Assembly (NCBI GenBank): GCA_943788915.1
Contig: CALSSD010000008.1
Location: 310,001 to 374,000 of the forward strand
Source: an uncultured Acidimicrobiales bacterium
GTDB lineage: Bacteria; Actinomycetota; Acidimicrobiia; Acidimicrobiales; UBA10347
Length of the DNA: 64,000 nt
Reading direction: 5' to 3'
The notes under the pieces were generated by a model. It saw only the letters and a program-made list of their open reading frames with translations. It did no database searches and had not been told where the DNA came from. The translations under genes were made by a program, and so were the position numbers. Positions 62,951-64,000 of this stretch are shown here, piece by piece (position 1 is the stretch's first letter; every line of letters starts with the position of its first letter).

Positions 62951-64000
62951 CTAGGCGGCCTGGTTGAAGTGGACGATCTGCTTACGGCCAGGACCCACAC
63001 CAATGATGCTGATAGGGACACCAATGCACGTTTCGAGCGCATCGAGATAGTCGAGGGCTGCTTGAGGCAACTGATCGCGTTCGGTGAAACCGGTCAGATC
63101 GGTTTGCCAACCAGGCATTTCCTTGTAGATCGGCTTGGCGTCGTGAAAGTCGCTCTGGTGATAGGGCAACTTGTCGTGACGGACACCGTTGACCTCGTAG
63201 CCATCACAAATCTTGACGGTCTCGAGTTGGTCGAGAACATCAAGTTTGGTCAGCGCTATCTCGGACAACGAGTTGACCCGAACGGCATGACGCAACATGA
63301 CGGCATCGATCCAACCGGTGCGACGACGTCGACCGGTGTTGGTGCCATACTCATGCCCAACATCGACAAGATGTTCGCCAACCGAATCGAAGAGTTCCGA
63401 CGGGAACGGGCCTGACCCAACGCGGGTCAGATAAGCCTTGGCGACACCGACCACTCGGTCGATATGACGGGGACCCACGCCGGCACCGGTACACGCCCCA
63501 CCTGCAGTTGGGTTCGATGATGTCACGAACGGATACGTGCCATGATCGAGATCAAGGAACGTGGCCTGAGCGCCTTCGAACAACACATCGCCGTCGTCTT
63601 CGAGCACCGTGTGCACGAGGTCGATGGTGTCGGCCATGTGGCCTTTGAGGCGGGGTGCGCACTCACCGATGTACGTCTTCACAAGCTCATCGATTTCGTA
63701 ACCAAGCTTGTTGTACACCTTGGCCAACAGTGGGTTCTTCTCGTGCAGCACAACCTCGAGCTTGGCTCGGAAGATCGATTCGTCAAACAGATCCTGCACC
63801 CGTAGGCCAACCCGTGACGCTTTGTCGGCATATGCCGGGCCAATACCGCGTTTGGTGGTACCGAGTTTGTTCTTTCCCAGATGGCGCTCGAACACAACAT
63901 CGAGCATCTGGTGATACGGCAAGATCAGGTGGGCATTCGCCGACACCCGAAGTTTGGAAACATCAACACCGCGAGAAGTCAACATGTCCATCTCGCGCAA
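62951..64000 (-). CDS. purA: Adenylosuccinate synthetase (5' part outside the window)
   Basis: [46 protein letters not shown]. Confidence 0.97.
   Translation of the reverse strand: MREMDMLTSRGVDVSKLRVSANAHLILPYHQMLDVVFERHLGKNKLGTTKRGIGPAYADKASRVGLRVQDLFDESIFRAKLEVVLHEKNPLLAKVYNKLGYEIDELVKTYIGECAPRLKGHMADTIDLVHTVLEDDGDVLFEGAQATFLDLDHGTYPFVTSSNPTAGGACTGAGVGPRHIDRVVGVAKAYLTRVGSGPFPSELFDSVGEHLVDVGHEYGTNTGRRRRTGWIDAVMLRHAVRVNSLSEIALTKLDVLDQLETVKICDGYEVNGVRHDKLPYHQSDFHDAKPIYKEMPGWQTDLTGFTERDQLPQAALDYLDALETCIGVPISIIGVGPGRKQIVHFNQAA

Overview
A ~60% GC chromosomal window. Gene content and order point to an actinobacterium, most likely class Acidimicrobiia (inference). It runs from lysS (partial) to purA (partial). 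Main content: (1) an eroded tilS-ftsH-folE-[folP]-folB-folK-panC-nadC-[coaX]-lysS cluster, where coaX and folP survive only as deletion scars; (2) a SigH/SigR-type ECF sigma factor with an atypical anti-sigma; (3) sdhCAB, mdh, purB, purA and assorted metabolic genes; (4) a ~12 kb MarR-associated aromatic catabolic island (P450, HpaD-like dioxygenase, acetoacetate-decarboxylase-family protein, FAH-family protein, aldehyde dehydrogenase, Liv-type ABC importer) with a shared palindromic operator. Signals not explained by the ORF track: a full-length GH2 protein with both predicted catalytic glutamates replaced, dispersed ~30 bp palindromes with a 1-nt centre, several rod or C-rich hairpin RNA candidates (one 6S-like), PafBC-type and SigH-type promoter motifs, pervasive leaderless starts, small unannotated ORFs and gene remnants. 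Several small frameshifts, mostly at 36-49 kb, may be sequencing errors. No CRISPR array, rRNA, tRNA or intact transposase was recognised. All family assignments come from motif recognition by eye, not database searches.
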